A DNA stretch of 64,000 bases from Octopus vulgaris (lineage: Eukaryota). The stretch is taken from assembly GCA_951406725.2 (NCBI GenBank), contig OX597842.1, forward strand, positions 2,480,001 through 2,544,000. The letters are read 5' to 3'. The translations under genes and the position numbers were made by a program. This document shows positions 13,117-25,997 of the stretch, one piece after another. Position 1 is the first letter of the stretch. Every line of letters begins with the position of its first letter. Under the pieces are notes generated by a model. That model ran no database searches, was not told the DNA's origin, and worked only from the letters and a program-made list of their open reading frames with translations.

Positions 13117-13117
<1 letters not shown>
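12706..13117 (-). mobile_element. L1/Tx1-clade LINE 3' end, flanked by (TAA)n on both sides
   Basis: NFFKLHLKRKMRVEREVMSGSKFIERWVNVARM is homologous to the end of the element at 38873-40310 (NFFKYHLKRKVRMEREVLSRERFKKRWVNVAKM). Confidence 0.85.
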
Positions 13118-13179
<62 letters not shown>

Positions 13180-13181
<2 letters not shown>

Positions 13182-13398
13182 CCTTTCTATTATAGACACA
13201 AGCCCAGAAATTTGGGGGAGGGGTTTAGTCATTTACATCAACCCCGGTGCTCAACTGGTACTTATTTTATCCACCCCTGAAATGGTGAAAGACAAAGTTG
13301 ATTGACCTCAATGGAATTTGAACTCAGAACATAGCTACTGGCAAAATGCCACTAAGCATTTAGCCCAGTGTTCTAATGATTCTGCCAGCTCACCACCT
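13180..13398 (-). mobile_element. SINE family B, alternative tail
   Basis: GGAATTTGAACTCAGAAC...CTGCCAGCTCACCACCTT; tail rc ...GTGTCTATAATAGAAAGGATTATT. Confidence 0.75.
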
Positions 13399-13425
13399 TG
13401 GTGATGATTCTTTTATTTGTAACCA

Positions 13426-13926
13426 TAGGCGTAGGAGTGGCTGTGTGGTAAGTAGCTTGCTTCCCAATCGCATGGTTCCGGGTTCAGTCCCACTGCATGG
13501 TACCTTGGGCAAGTGTCTTCTACTATAGCCTTGGGCCAACCAAAGCTTTGTGAGTGGATTTGGTAGACGGAAACTGAAAGAAGCCCGTCATATAAATGTA
13601 TATATATATGTGTTTGTGTGTTTGTGTGTCTGTGTTTACGTCCCCGTAACTTAGTGGTTCGGCAAAAAGGAGACCGATAGAATAAGTACTAGGCTTACAA
13701 AGAATAAGTCCTGGGGTTGATTTGCTCGACTAAAGGCAGTACTCCAGCATGGCCACAGTCAAATGACTGAAACAAGTAAAAGAGTAAACTTACCGATTCA
13801 GCAAAAGAGACCGATAGAATAAGTGCTAGTCTTACAAAGAATAATTCCTGGGATTGAATAGCTCGACTAAAGGCAGTGCTCCAGCATGGCCAGTCAAATG
13901 ACTGAAATAAGTAAAAGAGAGTAAAA
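13426..13926 (+). mobile_element. SINE family A with duplicated 3' segment
   Basis: Head at 13426; tail at ~13785; second GCAAAAGAGACCGATAG...GTAAAAGAG at 13790-13926. Confidence 0.88.
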
Positions 13927-14079
13927 AAGGGGTCAAAGGATGAGGAGGGCAATACGAAGACTGACAGACGTAATAATTTTTTCTACTATAGGCACAAGGC
14001 ACGAAATTTTGTTGGGGTAGGGATAAAGTTTTAACATGTCTTATTTATTTATTAATTTCTGGCAAGGACACAACATATT

Positions 14080-14702
14080 ACAGGTTTACAAGTCTTACCT
14101 TGTGTTAGCAATGCAATATTCTCACTTTTTAAGATTATCCCTTTAGACTTTCTATAGAATTTAAAGCCAGCGCTGAAATTACATTTCATATATAAATACA
14201 TTTATGTATGTAATGCAATCAAAGATAGAAAAAGAAATAGATGATGGATGTATATACATATTTCAAGAGTTATTGCTATTTCATCAGTACCACATCTAAC
14301 GCATCAGTTATCCATGAATATGTATTACTTAAATAGCCACTAAGTTTAGCAGTGTAATACAGTTGAATGAACCAAATTACATGTTAAACACATTCCTGGC
14401 TGCTGGTACATATAAGTAGTAACTGCTGACTAGAACTCGGTATTTCATTTCATAATATACCACCAGCTATAGGTTTACATGACAATAGTGTGACATTACT
14501 GTGTTAGCAATGCAATATTCTCCCTTTTATGTTTAACTCTAATAAATTTTCTTTAGAAATTAGAGCTAGCCTTGGAAGTTTCAACATTTTGTATATGAGT
14601 ACCTCTCTGTAAATGATGCAATTGGAGATAGAAAAAAACACAGATAATGAGTGTACATGCATATTTCAAGAATTATTGTTTTCTCCTTGGGACTCCATCT
14701 GA
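14080..14702. repeat. Diverged direct duplication, period ~400 bp
   Basis: TGTGTTAGCAATGCAATATTCTC at 14101 and 14500; ACATATTTCAAGAGTTATTG versus GCATATTTCAAGAATTATTG. Confidence 0.8.
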
Positions 14703-14719
14703 AGAGAAATACTGCAGAT

Positions 14720-15442
14720 TCAGGAATGGGTGTGTGGTAAGAAGCTTGCTTCCCAACCATGGAACTCCCAATAAATTGAGTGCCAGTCTTTCATTTGTCC
14801 ACTCACTCGTATGTATATATATATAGGCGCAGGAGTGGCTGTGTGGTAAGTAGCTTGCTTACTAACCACATGGTTCTGTCTCCTCTGCCCACACCTACTC
14901 AATGTGGATGAGGACGCCTGCATAAAGAAGTGCCCAGCTCTATTTGTGGAAGGATTGTTAAATGGACAATGATAAAGTGAACTATATCAGCATTTAAACA
15001 AAAAAACAAAAGAGAAAAAAAGAAGGGTCACAGGTATGGCTGTGTGGTAAGAAACTTGCTTCCAAACCACATGGTTTTGGTTTCAGTCCCACTGCGTGGC
15101 ACCTTGGGCAAGTGTCTTCTACTATAGCCTCAGGCTGACCAAAGCCTTGGTAGATGGAAACTGAAAGAAGCCCGTCATATATATGTATGTATGTGTAAAT
15201 GTTTGTGCACCTGCCCCACCTCCACCATCACTTGACAATCAATGGTGGTGTGTTTACATCCCCATAACTTAGTGGTTTGCCAAAGAGACCAATAGAATAA
15301 GTACTATGCTTACACAGAATAAGTCCTGGGGTCAATTTGTTTGACTAAGGGCTGTACTCCAGCATGGCCACAGTCAAATGACTGAAACAAATAAAATAAT
15401 ATATATATATATATACACACATATATATATATATACATATAC

Positions 15443-15473
<31 letters not shown>

Positions 15474-15765
15474 TATATATGTATGTATGTATGTATATCT
15501 GTATATATATGTGTGTGTGTGTGTCTTTGTATCTATGTTTGTCCCCTACCATCACTTTACAACCAGTGTTGGTCTATTTACATCCCTGTAACTTAGCAGT
15601 TCAGCAAAGGATACCAATATAATAGGCGCTAGGGCAGTGAGGTGATCCCAGTCGCTTTGTATCCCAGCAGAAACACTGGGGTTACTTCATTTAACTAAAA
15701 TCTCTTCTAGGCAATGCCCCAGCATGGCCACACCACCAGTGACTGAAACAAGTAACAGATAAAAG
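14720..15765 (+). mobile_element. Cluster of SINE A heads and bodies plus a short RTE fragment (14900-14955)
   Basis: Heads at 14720, 14823 and 15026; 3' half at 15520-15765; DEDACIKKCPALFVEG matches the RTE fragment at 37685-37945. Confidence 0.75.
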
Positions 15766-16339
15766 GATTTAAGGATATCGTTTCCTTACCTGACGAAGGT
15801 GAGGGTGTGGCACCACAGGTTGGCACCGTTGGGGGAGCGAGGAATTCGCTCATCAAATTCCTATACTCGTCGTAAAACTATCTCGTTTGCCATCTCCAGA
15901 TACTCAAGTGTCTTGCTTAATTGAAAATTTTAATTAAGCAATAGCAGTGACAGGGGCAGGCGGAGGGGAAGAGTAATTATAGTGAAGGTGACTGACACCG
16001 TCCCTTTTTGATGCCCTGCATCGACTGTCGCAATCAAAGGGATCTTACCTCTTCGCTGAACATTAAGGGTCTAACCCCTCCTCGCCCCCACCCTACTGCC
16101 GCTACCCTTCCCCGCCGTCTAGTTCTTCTAAATTTGGTAAATATTTAAGAACCGAAGAAAGGGCTGAGTGACATAAGTCAGAGTGACACGGGGCCATTTT
16201 TGGTTTGTTTATTTAGTTGTTTATTTTCTGGGGTTTCTTTTTTTAAAGGTTTGTCTATTTTTAAAGGTTTGTCAGGCATGAGGTGTGTCTGGTGGCACTT
16301 GGGCTGTGGTTGCTCATTTTGAGAAATTTCATTTTGTTG

Positions 16340-16553
16340 TCATCGTCATCATCACCAGCAGCAGCAGCAGCATCGCTACCATTATCATCTTCATTACCAT
16401 CACCTTTGTTATTTTTGTTGCTGTCATCATCATCATCATCACCCCACCACCATCATCATCACCATCATCATCACTATCATCATCACTATCATCATCATCA
16501 CCACCATCATCATCACCATCATCATCATCATCACCATCACCACCATCATCACT

Positions 16554-16593
<40 letters not shown>

Positions 16594-17515
16594 CCATCAT
16601 CATCATCACCATCATCATCATCACCACCATCATCATCATCACCACCATCATCATCACCATCATCGTCATCATCACCATCATCATCATCTCTATAATAAAC
16701 ATCATCATCATTGTCATTGTCATCGCCACCATTACCATTATCACCATCATCATCATCACTGTCATCATCACCATCATCATCATCATATCATCATCATCTC
16801 TATAATAAACATCATCATTATCATTGTCATCGTCATCGCCACCACTACCATTATCACCATCATCACTACCATCACATTATCATCACCATCATCATCATCA
16901 TAAGCATCATCATCATCATCACTATCATCATCAGCATCATCACCATCGTCATATACATTATCACCATCATCATAAGCATCATCCTCATCATCACCACCAT
17001 TACCATTATAACCATCGCTGGCAGAATCGTTAGCATGCCGAGTGAAATGCTTAGCAGTATTTCATCTGCTGCTAAGTTAGGAGTTCAAATCCCGCTGAGG
17101 CCAGTTTTGCCTTTTATCCTTTCAGTGTCGATAAATCAAGTACCAGTTGAGTACTGGGGTTGATCTGATCAACTGTCCCCCTCCCCACAAAATCCAGGCC
17201 TTTTGCCTCTGGTAGAAAAGATTATAACCATTGCCATCATCATATACATTGTCACCATCACCGTCATCATAAACATCATCATAAGCATCATCACCATCAT
17301 CATAAACATCGTCATCATCATTATAAAGCATCATCATCATCATATTTCTCCTCCTCCACCTCACCATCACCATCATCATAAGCATTGTTGTCATTACCAT
17401 TATAACAATCATAATCACCATCATTATCATTCTTCTCATCATCATTTCTATAATCACCATCATCATCATCAACATTGCCATCATCATCGTCATAATCCTC
17501 ATCATTATTATCTTC
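16340..17515. repeat. (CAT/CAC)n tract with a SINE B insertion at ~17017-17228 (+)
   Basis: Direct reading; GCTGGCAGAATCGTTAGCATGCCG...GAGTTCAAATCCCG. Confidence 0.9.
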
Positions 17516-17699
17516 ACCTTCAACTCAAATGTGGCCATGAAATGAGAGAGGCCCTTAATTTGTTGATGCAGTTGTCTGAACCCTGTCAGGGCATACTGCA
17601 TGTTTCAGTCATTTTAAATGTGGCAGGGGCCACCCCTTCTACCCACTAGATTTGAAGGCAGGTGGTGTCTTCTTCCCAGCAACAGAAGTATGGAGGTAG

Positions 17700-18320
17700 G
17701 TGGAGAGAGTGAGAGAGAGAGAGAGAGAGCAAAGGGAGGGAAAAGGAGAGCGAGGAGAGGGACAGGAAGACACTCAGGAAGAAGTGAGGGAGAGTAAGGA
17801 GGAGAGAGACACAAGAAGAATAACATAGAGAGAGAGAGAGAAGGGTGAGAAAGAAACAGAGAAAGAGAAAAATGAGGAGAGAGGGAGAGGAAGACACACA
17901 ACAGGAAGAGGGGGAAGGAGGAAGAGAGAAGGAGAGAAAAATAAAGAGAGAGAAAGAGACAGAAAAAGAAACAAGAAAAAGACAGAGATGGGGAGAGAGA
18001 GAGAGGAAGAAAAGGACAGAGAGATGGAGAGAGAGATAATAAGAAAAAGAGAGATGCAAAGAATAAGAAAGAGAGGGAAAAAGACAGAGAGAGAGAGAGG
18101 AGAAAGAGAGACTGGGAGAAAAGAGAGAGAGAGGAAGAAAGGGACAGAGAGATGTAGAGAGATAGGAAGAAAAAGAGAGAGATGCAAAGAGTGAGAAAAA
18201 GAGGGGTGAAAAAGAGAGAGAGAGAGGAAAAAAAAGACATACAAAGAGTGAGAAAGAGAGGGGAGAAAAAGATCGAAAGAGGGAGAGAGAGTGAGAGAGA
18301 GAAAGAGACAGGGAGACATA
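17700..18320. repeat. (GA)n purine-rich tract
   Basis: Direct reading. Confidence 0.95.
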
Positions 18321-18339
18321 AAGTAATCTACCCAGTATA

Positions 18340-18770
18340 TTTTACCATTTATTTGACTCTGTCATCAGTTTGCAGCCATGTTGAAGAGTTTTTAGTTGAA
18401 TGAATTGACCCCAACGCTTATTTTCGCTTTCTTTGTACCTCGTACTTATACTATCAGTCTCTTTTGCTGAATCACTAAGTTACAGGGACATAAACACACC
18501 AACACTGGTTGTCAAGCAGTGACGGTGGGGACAAACACAGACACAAAGACTCTCACACATACAAACAAACACACATATATATATCTGTATAGGTATACAT
18601 TTATATATAATGGGCTTCTTTCAGTTTCCTTCCGCCAAATCCACTGACAAGGCTTTCATCAGCCAAAGGCTGTAGGAGAAGACACTGACCTAAGAAGCCA
18701 TGCAGTGGGATTGAACCAAGAAACATGTGTTTGGAAAGAGAACTTCTTACAATACAATGATGCCTACGCC
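18340..18770 (-). mobile_element. SINE family A, diverged
   Basis: Homology to other copies. Confidence 0.75.
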
Positions 18771-18961
18771 ATGGTCACGTCTGTGCCATTATTTGACAAG
18801 AATTTTATTTTTCAATCCAGAAAAGAAGAGTTGCCTTTTATGGGATTTGAACCCACACTCACAGTGAACTAGTATGAACACCACAAGGCTATATTCTACC
18901 TGGCATTCAAAGAACTATTGTTATTCATGTTAATATTCATATAATAAGGCAGTGTATTGGC

Positions 18962-20018
18962 ATCAGTCATTTGACTACAGCCATGCTAGAGCACCACCTT
19001 GAAGGGTTTTAGTTGAACATATTGACCCCAGGAATTATTTTTTTTTAAAACTAAATACTTATTCTACCAGCTTCTTTTGCCATACTGCTAAGTTACAGGG
19101 ACATAAACATACCAACACCGGTTATCAAGCAATGGTGGACACACACACACATACACACACAGGTGCAGGAGTGGCTGTGTGGTAAGTAGCTTGCTTACAA
19201 ACCACATGGTTCCGAGTTCAGTCCCATTGCATGGCACCTTAGGCAAGTGTCTTCTACTATAGCCTCGGGCCGACCAAAGACTTCTGAGTGGATTTGGAAG
19301 ACGGAAACTGAAAGAAGCCTCTCGTGCATATGTATGTGTGTCTGTGTTTGTACCCCCAACATCGCTTGACAACTGATGCTGGTGTGTTTATGTCCCCGTA
19401 ACTTAGCGGTTTGGCAAAAGAGACTGATATAATAAGTACTGGGCTTACAAAGAATAAGTCCTGGGGTCAATTTGCTCAACTAAAAGCAGTGCCCTGCATG
19501 GCCGCAGTCAAATGACTGAAACAAGTAAAAGAGTAAAAACGGTAAGAGTAATACACATACGATGGGCTTCTTTCAGTTTCCGTCTACCAAATTTACTCAC
19601 AAGGCTTTGGTCAACCTGGGACTAAAGTAAAAGACACTTACCCAAGGTGCCATGCAGTGGGACAGAACCCACTTCTTGCCACATAGCCACACTTTGACAA
19701 TTTGGAATTGATTCGTTCAACTAAATGATCCAAGGCGTTGCTCCAGCATGACCACAGTCCAATGACTTGAACAAGTGTTCAATGGAGAAAAAAGAAGTTA
19801 TGTGTATGCATGTCTATGTGTTTATGGTTGTCCTTTCCACAGCATTGGTTTGTTTACAACCCTTTAACCTAGCAGTTTAACAGGAGAGACCGATAGAATT
19901 AGGACCAGACTTTAAAAAGTACATATATAAAAACTGGGGTTGATTTGTTCAATTAAGCCCTTCAAGGGAGTGCTCCAGCATGGCAACAATCCAATGATGA
20001 AAACAAGTAAAAGATGAG
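18962..20018. mobile_element. Nested SINE A cluster: plus copy (19161-19545) inside the CA tract of a minus copy (18962-19160 and 19550-19690), then extra tails
   Basis: Consensus segments in both orientations. Confidence 0.8.
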
Positions 20019-20526
20019 ATTAACCAAAATTAATTAAACCAGTACAAAACAGAATTACCTAATTCTGGTCACACTGATTTAATTTAACCCCTATGGGGCC
20101 ATTATCTGTATTACATGACAAACTATAATCAGCCTCATGTTCCAATTAGTCCTGAAAAATAATCAAAAATTTGGAGAGATTTAATAAAATAATTAAAGTT
20201 AGTTTTTTTCTTAATTAAATTTGTGAATTTAATATAAATTTACAAAGTATTCTCGAATGAAATTTTGATGGAAAGTTTTCATTTGACTTTGAACATATAT
20301 GGCATTATCACATTCAAAAGGATTGGTTCTTGTCTGATCACCATGGGGCCATGTCAGGACTTAGATGAGTGACTTCTTTAGGTTCAGTCCCACTAAACAG
20401 CACCTTGAGCAAGTGTCTCTTACTAACTACAGCCCTGGGCCAACCAGTACCTTGTTAGTCGATTTAGTAGACAGAAACTGAAAGTAACCCATCATATAAA
20501 GAGAGGGGAGTTGTTGCTGTGCCAAG

Positions 20527-20660
20527 CAGGGCCAGATTAAGACCCATCGTGGCCCTAAGCACTTAAAAGATATTGGTACCCTCTATAAAAGATTATGTAA
20601 TTCAAAATATAAACAATAACAAACCACAAAATAAATTTTTATTTTTCAAAATGAAACAAA
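20527..20660 (+). mobile_element. Possible hAT-type DNA transposon end, truncated
   Basis: CAGGGCCAGATTAAG start typical of hAT terminal repeats; no matching other end found. Confidence 0.35.
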
Positions 20661-20661
20661 A

Positions 20662-21075
20662 TAGGTGCAAGAATGGCTGTGTGGTAAGTAGCTTGTTTAC
20701 CAACCACATGGTTCCGGGTTCAGTCCCACTGCGTGGCACCTTGGGCAAGTGTCTTCTACTATAGCCTCGGGCCGACCAAAGCCTTGTGAGTGGATTTGGT
20801 AGACGGAAACTGAAAGAAGCCCATCGTATATATGTATATATATATATGCATGTGTGTGTTTGTGTGTCTGTGTTTACGTCCCCCTAGCATTGCTTGACAA
20901 CCGATGCTGGTGTGTTTATATCCCCGTTACTTAGCGGTTCGGCAAAAGAGACCGATAGAATAAGTACTGGGCTTACAAAAGAATAAGTCCTAGGGTCGAG
21001 TTGCTCGATTAAAGGCGGTGCTCCAGCATGGCCGCAGTCAAATGACTGAAACAAGTAAAAGAGTAAAAGATAAAA
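20662..21075 (+). mobile_element. SINE family A, full length
   Basis: Near-consensus copy. Confidence 0.92.
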
Positions 21076-21214
21076 AGAGGGGCAATAATGTTTATTTTGG
21101 TCTCCTTCCACTTTATTTAGATTTGGAAAGTTTCCTCCTACTTTTTTGAATTGCAAAGTCTTTTATCAGATCCTCAAAATCAATCTTAGGTAGCACATCT
21201 GCATCGATACTTAG

Positions 21215-22330
21215 TAGTGTCACGCTGAATCTCCCTGAGAACTACAGTAAGGGTACACATGTCTGTGGAGTGCTCAGCCACTTGCACGTTAATAAATGAG
21301 CTGCGACGTCACTGGTGCCAAGCTGCTTCGGCCTTTGCCTTTCTCTTGGATAACATCAATGGTGTGGAGAGAGGAGGCTGGTATGCATGGGTGACTGCTG
21401 GTCTTCCATAAACAACTTTGCCCAGACTTGTGCTTAGGAGGGTAACTTTCTAGGTGCAATCACCATGGTCATTCATCACACAATTTCTTCCAACTGAGGC
21501 TGTGAGCTGACAGAATTATTACCACACTGGGAGAAATACTGTGCAGCATTTCATGTCATTACGTTTTGAGTTCAAATGCTGTCAAGGTCGACATTACTTT
21601 TTACCCTTTCGGGGTTGATAAAATAAGTACCAGTTGAGAACTGGGGTCAATTGAATTGACTTACACCCCCTAAATTGCTGGCGTTGTGCCAAAATTTGAA
21701 ACCAATATTTATTCCAACTTCTCATATGGGTAGATTAGATCCTACCAAGGTCTACTCAGCCATTCGTCTTTTTGTGTCTGTCATCCTTATGTTCCAATTA
21801 CTTTTCAAGAACTAATCAAAAATTTGGAAAGATTTATTAAAATAATTAAAATACTCTAAGTTTTTTTTTCCTAATTAAATTTGTGATTTTAATATAAATT
21901 TACAAAGTGTTCTTAAATGAAATTTTGATGGAAAGCTTTTATTTAAATTTAAACATTAATGACCCTGTCTCATTGAAAAATATTAGTTCTTGACTAATCA
22001 CCAAAGTTAAACACCATGGAACCATGTTGTGACTGCATGGGAAACGTAAGAGCTGTGTGCACAATATCATGTAGTATATATTCTGGATCCTTGCTTTTTG
22101 GTGGAGGACCATGGCTTAGTGGTTAGGGGTGTCCTTGAGCAAGACACTTTATTTCATGTTGCTCCAGTCCCCACAGCTGGTAAAAGTGACTTGTACCTGT
22201 ATTTCAAAAGGGCCAGCCTTGTCACACTCTATGTCTCACTGAACTTCCTTGAGACCTACATTAAGGGTACACGTGTCTGTGGAGTGCTCAGCCACATGCA
22301 GGCTGTTCTGTTGATTGGATCAACCGAGAT
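21215..22330 (+). mobile_element. SINE family D fragments (21215-21480, 22100-22330) and SINE B (21497-21710)
   Basis: GTCACGCTGAATCTCCCTGAGAACTAC..TAAGGGTACAC.TGTCTGTGGAGTGCTCAGCCAC recurs at 22230, 60230 and 61270. Confidence 0.65.
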
Positions 22331-22401
22331 CCTTGCATTTTGAGTTCAAATCCTGCTGAGATCAACTTTGTCATTCATCCTTCTCCGTTAATTATCCTTA
22401 T

Positions 22402-22821
22402 ACTCTTACTCTTTACTCTTTTACTTGTTTCAGTCATTTGACTGCTGCCATGCTGGAGCACCGCCTTTCAGTCGAGCAAATCGACCCCGGGACTTATTCT
22501 TTGTAAGCCCAGTACTTATTCTATCGGTCTCTTTTGCCGAACCGCTAAATGACGGGGACGTAAACACACCAGCATCAGTTGTCAAGCAATGCTAGGGGGA
22601 CAAACACATACACACAAACACATACACACACACATATATATATATATACATATATACGACAGGCTTCTTTCAGTTTCCATCTACCAAATCCACTCACAAG
22701 GCATTGGTCGGCCCGAGGCTATAGCAGAAGACACTTGCCCAAGGTGCCATGCAGTGGGACTGAACCCGGAACCATGTGGTTGGTTAGCAAGCTACTTACC
22801 ACACAGCCACTCCTGCGCCTA
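22402..22821 (-). mobile_element. SINE family A, full length
   Basis: Near-consensus copy. Confidence 0.92.
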
Positions 22822-23006
22822 TATTGTAATTAGTTTTGATGAAAAATTAAAAATCAATAATTTGGAGAATTGTAGTAAAATTATAAAACTTTTCATCATC
22901 ACCGTGTATATATCTGTAAATTAATATGTTACCATTATTCAATAGCCAAGATAAAACTCTGAGTTTCGGATGCTGAAGTGGAAATCCACAACACCATCTC
23001 TTCGGT

Positions 23007-23007
<1 letters not shown>

Positions 23008-23042
<35 letters not shown>

Positions 23043-23592
23043 TGTGTACAGTGCTCAGGTGCACTACAACTCATCTAAAGTGTATATATAATCAGGTGTA
23101 GTTTCGACGGATTTCGGGAAGCATGAGGGCCTTAAAGGATGCAGTGTCATGGCAGTCAACAACTGATGCAGGCAGTTTATTCCACGCTTCAGCAACCCTG
23201 AGCGTGAAAAAATGTTTCCGAAAGTCATGGGAGCTGTGCTGTTTTCTGACTTTGTAGGCATGTCCACGTGTGTTAGACACATGGAGATCAAAAAGGTGTT
23301 CAGTGTTGTTGTTGGTGAGGTGGTTGATAACCTTGTGGGTGTTTACCAAGTCCGTCGCCAGACGCCGGAGCTTCAGTGAATCCATGCCCAGGGAAACAAA
23401 GCGCTCAGAATATGGTAGGTGTCTGATGGAGGGTATGCGTTTGGTTGCACGTCTCTGGACAGATTCCAGGAGGTCAATGTTCTGAGCATGATAGGGGTTC
23501 CAAACTGATGATGCGAATTCCAAGTGTGGTCGTACCATAGCTGTATACAGTTTTAAATAGATGGCTGGAGAGCGGCTAACAAAAGTCTTATC
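23008..23592 (-). mobile_element. CR1-clade LINE 3' end (5'-truncated) with (TAT)n tail
   Basis: LYTAMVRPHLEFASSVWNPY..LESVQRRATK..TRGHAYK..FFTLRVAEAWNKLP is the canonical CR1 ORF2 C-terminus; short 3' UTR stem AGTGC..GCACT. Confidence 0.93.
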
Positions 23593-23873
23593 TGGCCATC
23601 TGAAAAAGCGCAATGAAAAAATACCGTTATATAAAGGGAAATTACTGTGTTATAATTCTGCTACTTATATAAATTAAGGTTAAAAGTTCATAGTAAACAT
23701 GTAAGCATGGCTACTCATATGCTCACATGTCATAATTTCATTCTATCATAATAAATTCTCGTTCCTTGTTGGTAGGCGAAAAGATATTTTGTAAATAAAT
23801 TTTAGGGGAGGTAATTGGTGATTGTTATTATTAGAAGTAGGAGAGGTAATTGCTCATTTTAGTGATGTTGCTA

Positions 23874-24016
23874 CAGTCATGCCCAACACCTTGGAACATA
23901 GGTCTGAAAATTAGATTTTTTTCTATTTAATGCCCAAATATATATGTTGTATGTATTTGAATCAAATTGTACTTGGGTATAACAATTCTGATTTTGAAAA
24001 CTTTTGTCCACAACTG
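23874..24016. mobile_element. Possible Tc1-like MITE
   Basis: TA|CAGTCATGCCCAA ... TTTTGTCCACAACTG|TA imperfect terminal repeats with TA flanks. Confidence 0.4.
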
Positions 24017-24689
24017 TATGCCTATTGCAATTTAATGAAACTTGAGGAAGCGGGGCTTTATGCTAGAAGATGAAGGTTAAGATATAAGAGAAGCACATGG
24101 GGGAAGAGCAGGATCTTGTAGGGGGGGTTACATGGCTTCTCAGGTTAACAGCATTCTTAAATGACATGATGATGGAAGGTTTTCATTTAAATATAAGAAT
24201 TGAATCTAGAAATTACATGGGTGACTGTGTGGCAACCCTATGTGGGAATTGTGTGCACAAGGTCTTAAGGGGAAATCTGGGAGTTCTTAAGGCACTGAAC
24301 AAAGTATCATGTGGCATATATTGTGTCTTTGTGCTTTGAGTTCAAATCATGCCAAGATTAACTTGGCCATTCATCTTTCTGTATTAATTATTTCTAGGTT
24401 GCAGTCACTTTTGAAAGTTAATTAACAATTTAAGGAGATTTAATATAGTAATTAATGTAATTTTTTTTCCTTAATTAAATTTATGATTTTAATATAAATT
24501 TGCCAAGTAATGCTGAGTGACATTTCATCCAAATTTATGTTCTGTTTTCAAATTCCACTGTGGTTAACTTTGTCTTTCATCCTTTTTGGGGGTCAATAAG
24601 ATGATTATCAGTTGAGCACTGGGGTTGATATAATCAACTTACCACTCCCCTAAAATTTCAGGCCCCTTGCCAAAAATTGAAATCAGTAT

Positions 24690-24950
24690 GAAAAAGCGCC
24701 AGTGCCATGCCACATAAAAGTGTCCATGTAGCCCCTGGGTGACACCTTGTAAAAGTGCACATATGGTGCCACTTAAAAGCATCCAGCACACTGTGTAAAG
24801 TGATTGGCTTTAGGAAGGGCATCCACCTGTAGAAACCATGCCAAATCAGACTGGAGTCTGGTGTAGTTCTCTGGTTTCCCAATTCTGGTCAAATCATCCA
24901 ACCCGTGCCAGCATGGACAATGGGGGTTAAATGATGATGTTGAGGATGAT
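24690..24950 (+). mobile_element. Family C element (RTE-like tail GGAAGGGCATCCA.CTGTAGAAAC, (GAT)n end)
   Basis: Reverse complement of copies at 33268, 56479 and 59400. Confidence 0.75.
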
Positions 24951-25447
24951 AGTAAAATGGCAAGCTGGCAGAATCATTAGTATGTTGGACAAAATGCTTA
25001 GCAGTGTTTTGTCCATCTTCATGTTTCTGAGTTCAAATTCCACCAAGGTCGACTTTACTTTTCATCCTTTCGGGGTCAATGAAATCCTGTGGAGGTTATC
25101 TTTACCATTCATTTATCCAGGATTGATTAATAAAGAGCATTGGATTAAGAATCCATGCAATATATATTCCAGCTTTAAAGTGGCAAACTGTCAGAATGGT
25201 TAGCATGCTAGACAAAATACTTAGCAACGTGTTATCTGTTCTTAGGGGTCAATAAAATCAGTAACAGTTGAGCACTGGGGTTGATGTAATTGATTGGTGT
25301 ATTCTGTGTTTGTCACCCACCCACCCCAACATCACTTGACAACCGATGCTGGTGTGTTTACGTCACCGTAACTTAGCGGTTCAGCAAAAGAGACCGATAG
25401 AATAAGTACTAGGCTTAGTACTTCCTCAAAATTGCAGGCCTCGTGCC

Positions 25448-25997
25448 GGTGGGATGACATCAGCAGCTGGGGAGCTGACCGGAAGAGGAAGGGGCAGGAG
25501 TGACGTGCACGCAGACAGGGGAGCATTGGGCCTTTTCGATTGGGGTAGCTGACAGGGCTGGACATGTAAGCGCTTTGTCAAGGTAGGGAAAAAGCAGCTA
25601 CTATTTCTAGCGTTCGGGTCGGGCCACGTGGAATGGTGCATTACCACTGGGGAGGTCTGCATTGACAAAGAGAAGGTAGGTGTCCTTATTTCAAATCTCC
25701 CGCATACACCACAGTTGTAGGATGACGTCAGCAACTGGGAGCTGACCGGAACTTGGGGCTGACCGAAAGAGGAAGGGGCAGGAGTGACACACACGCAGGC
25801 AGGGGAGCATTGGGCCTTTTTGATTGGGGTAGCCAACAGGGCTGGACATATGAGCACCTCGACAAGGTATGGGAAAAGCAGCTGCTATTTTTAGCATTCG
25901 GGTCGGGATACGTGGGAGGGTACATTACCACGGGAGAGGTCTGCATCGACAAAGAGAAGGTAGGTGTCTTTACTTCAAATCACCCGCAAAGACCACA
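25448..25997. mobile_element. Head-to-tail dimer of a ~270-bp LTR-like unit
   Basis: Units 25448-25713 and 25716-25997, ends (G/T)GT(G/A)G...CCACA; GTGCC at 25443-25447 and 25998-26002; inserted in a SINE B-type tail. Confidence 0.65.

Noticed and set aside
16283-17649. His-rich ORFs resembling cephalopod histidine-rich proteins
   Set aside because: Pure (CAT/CAC)n tract interrupted by a SINE; no signal peptide or conserved motif.
18830-18915. tRNA-like sequence on the minus strand (GTGGGTTCAAATCCCA)
   Set aside because: Only a T-arm/B box is recognisable; no cloverleaf.
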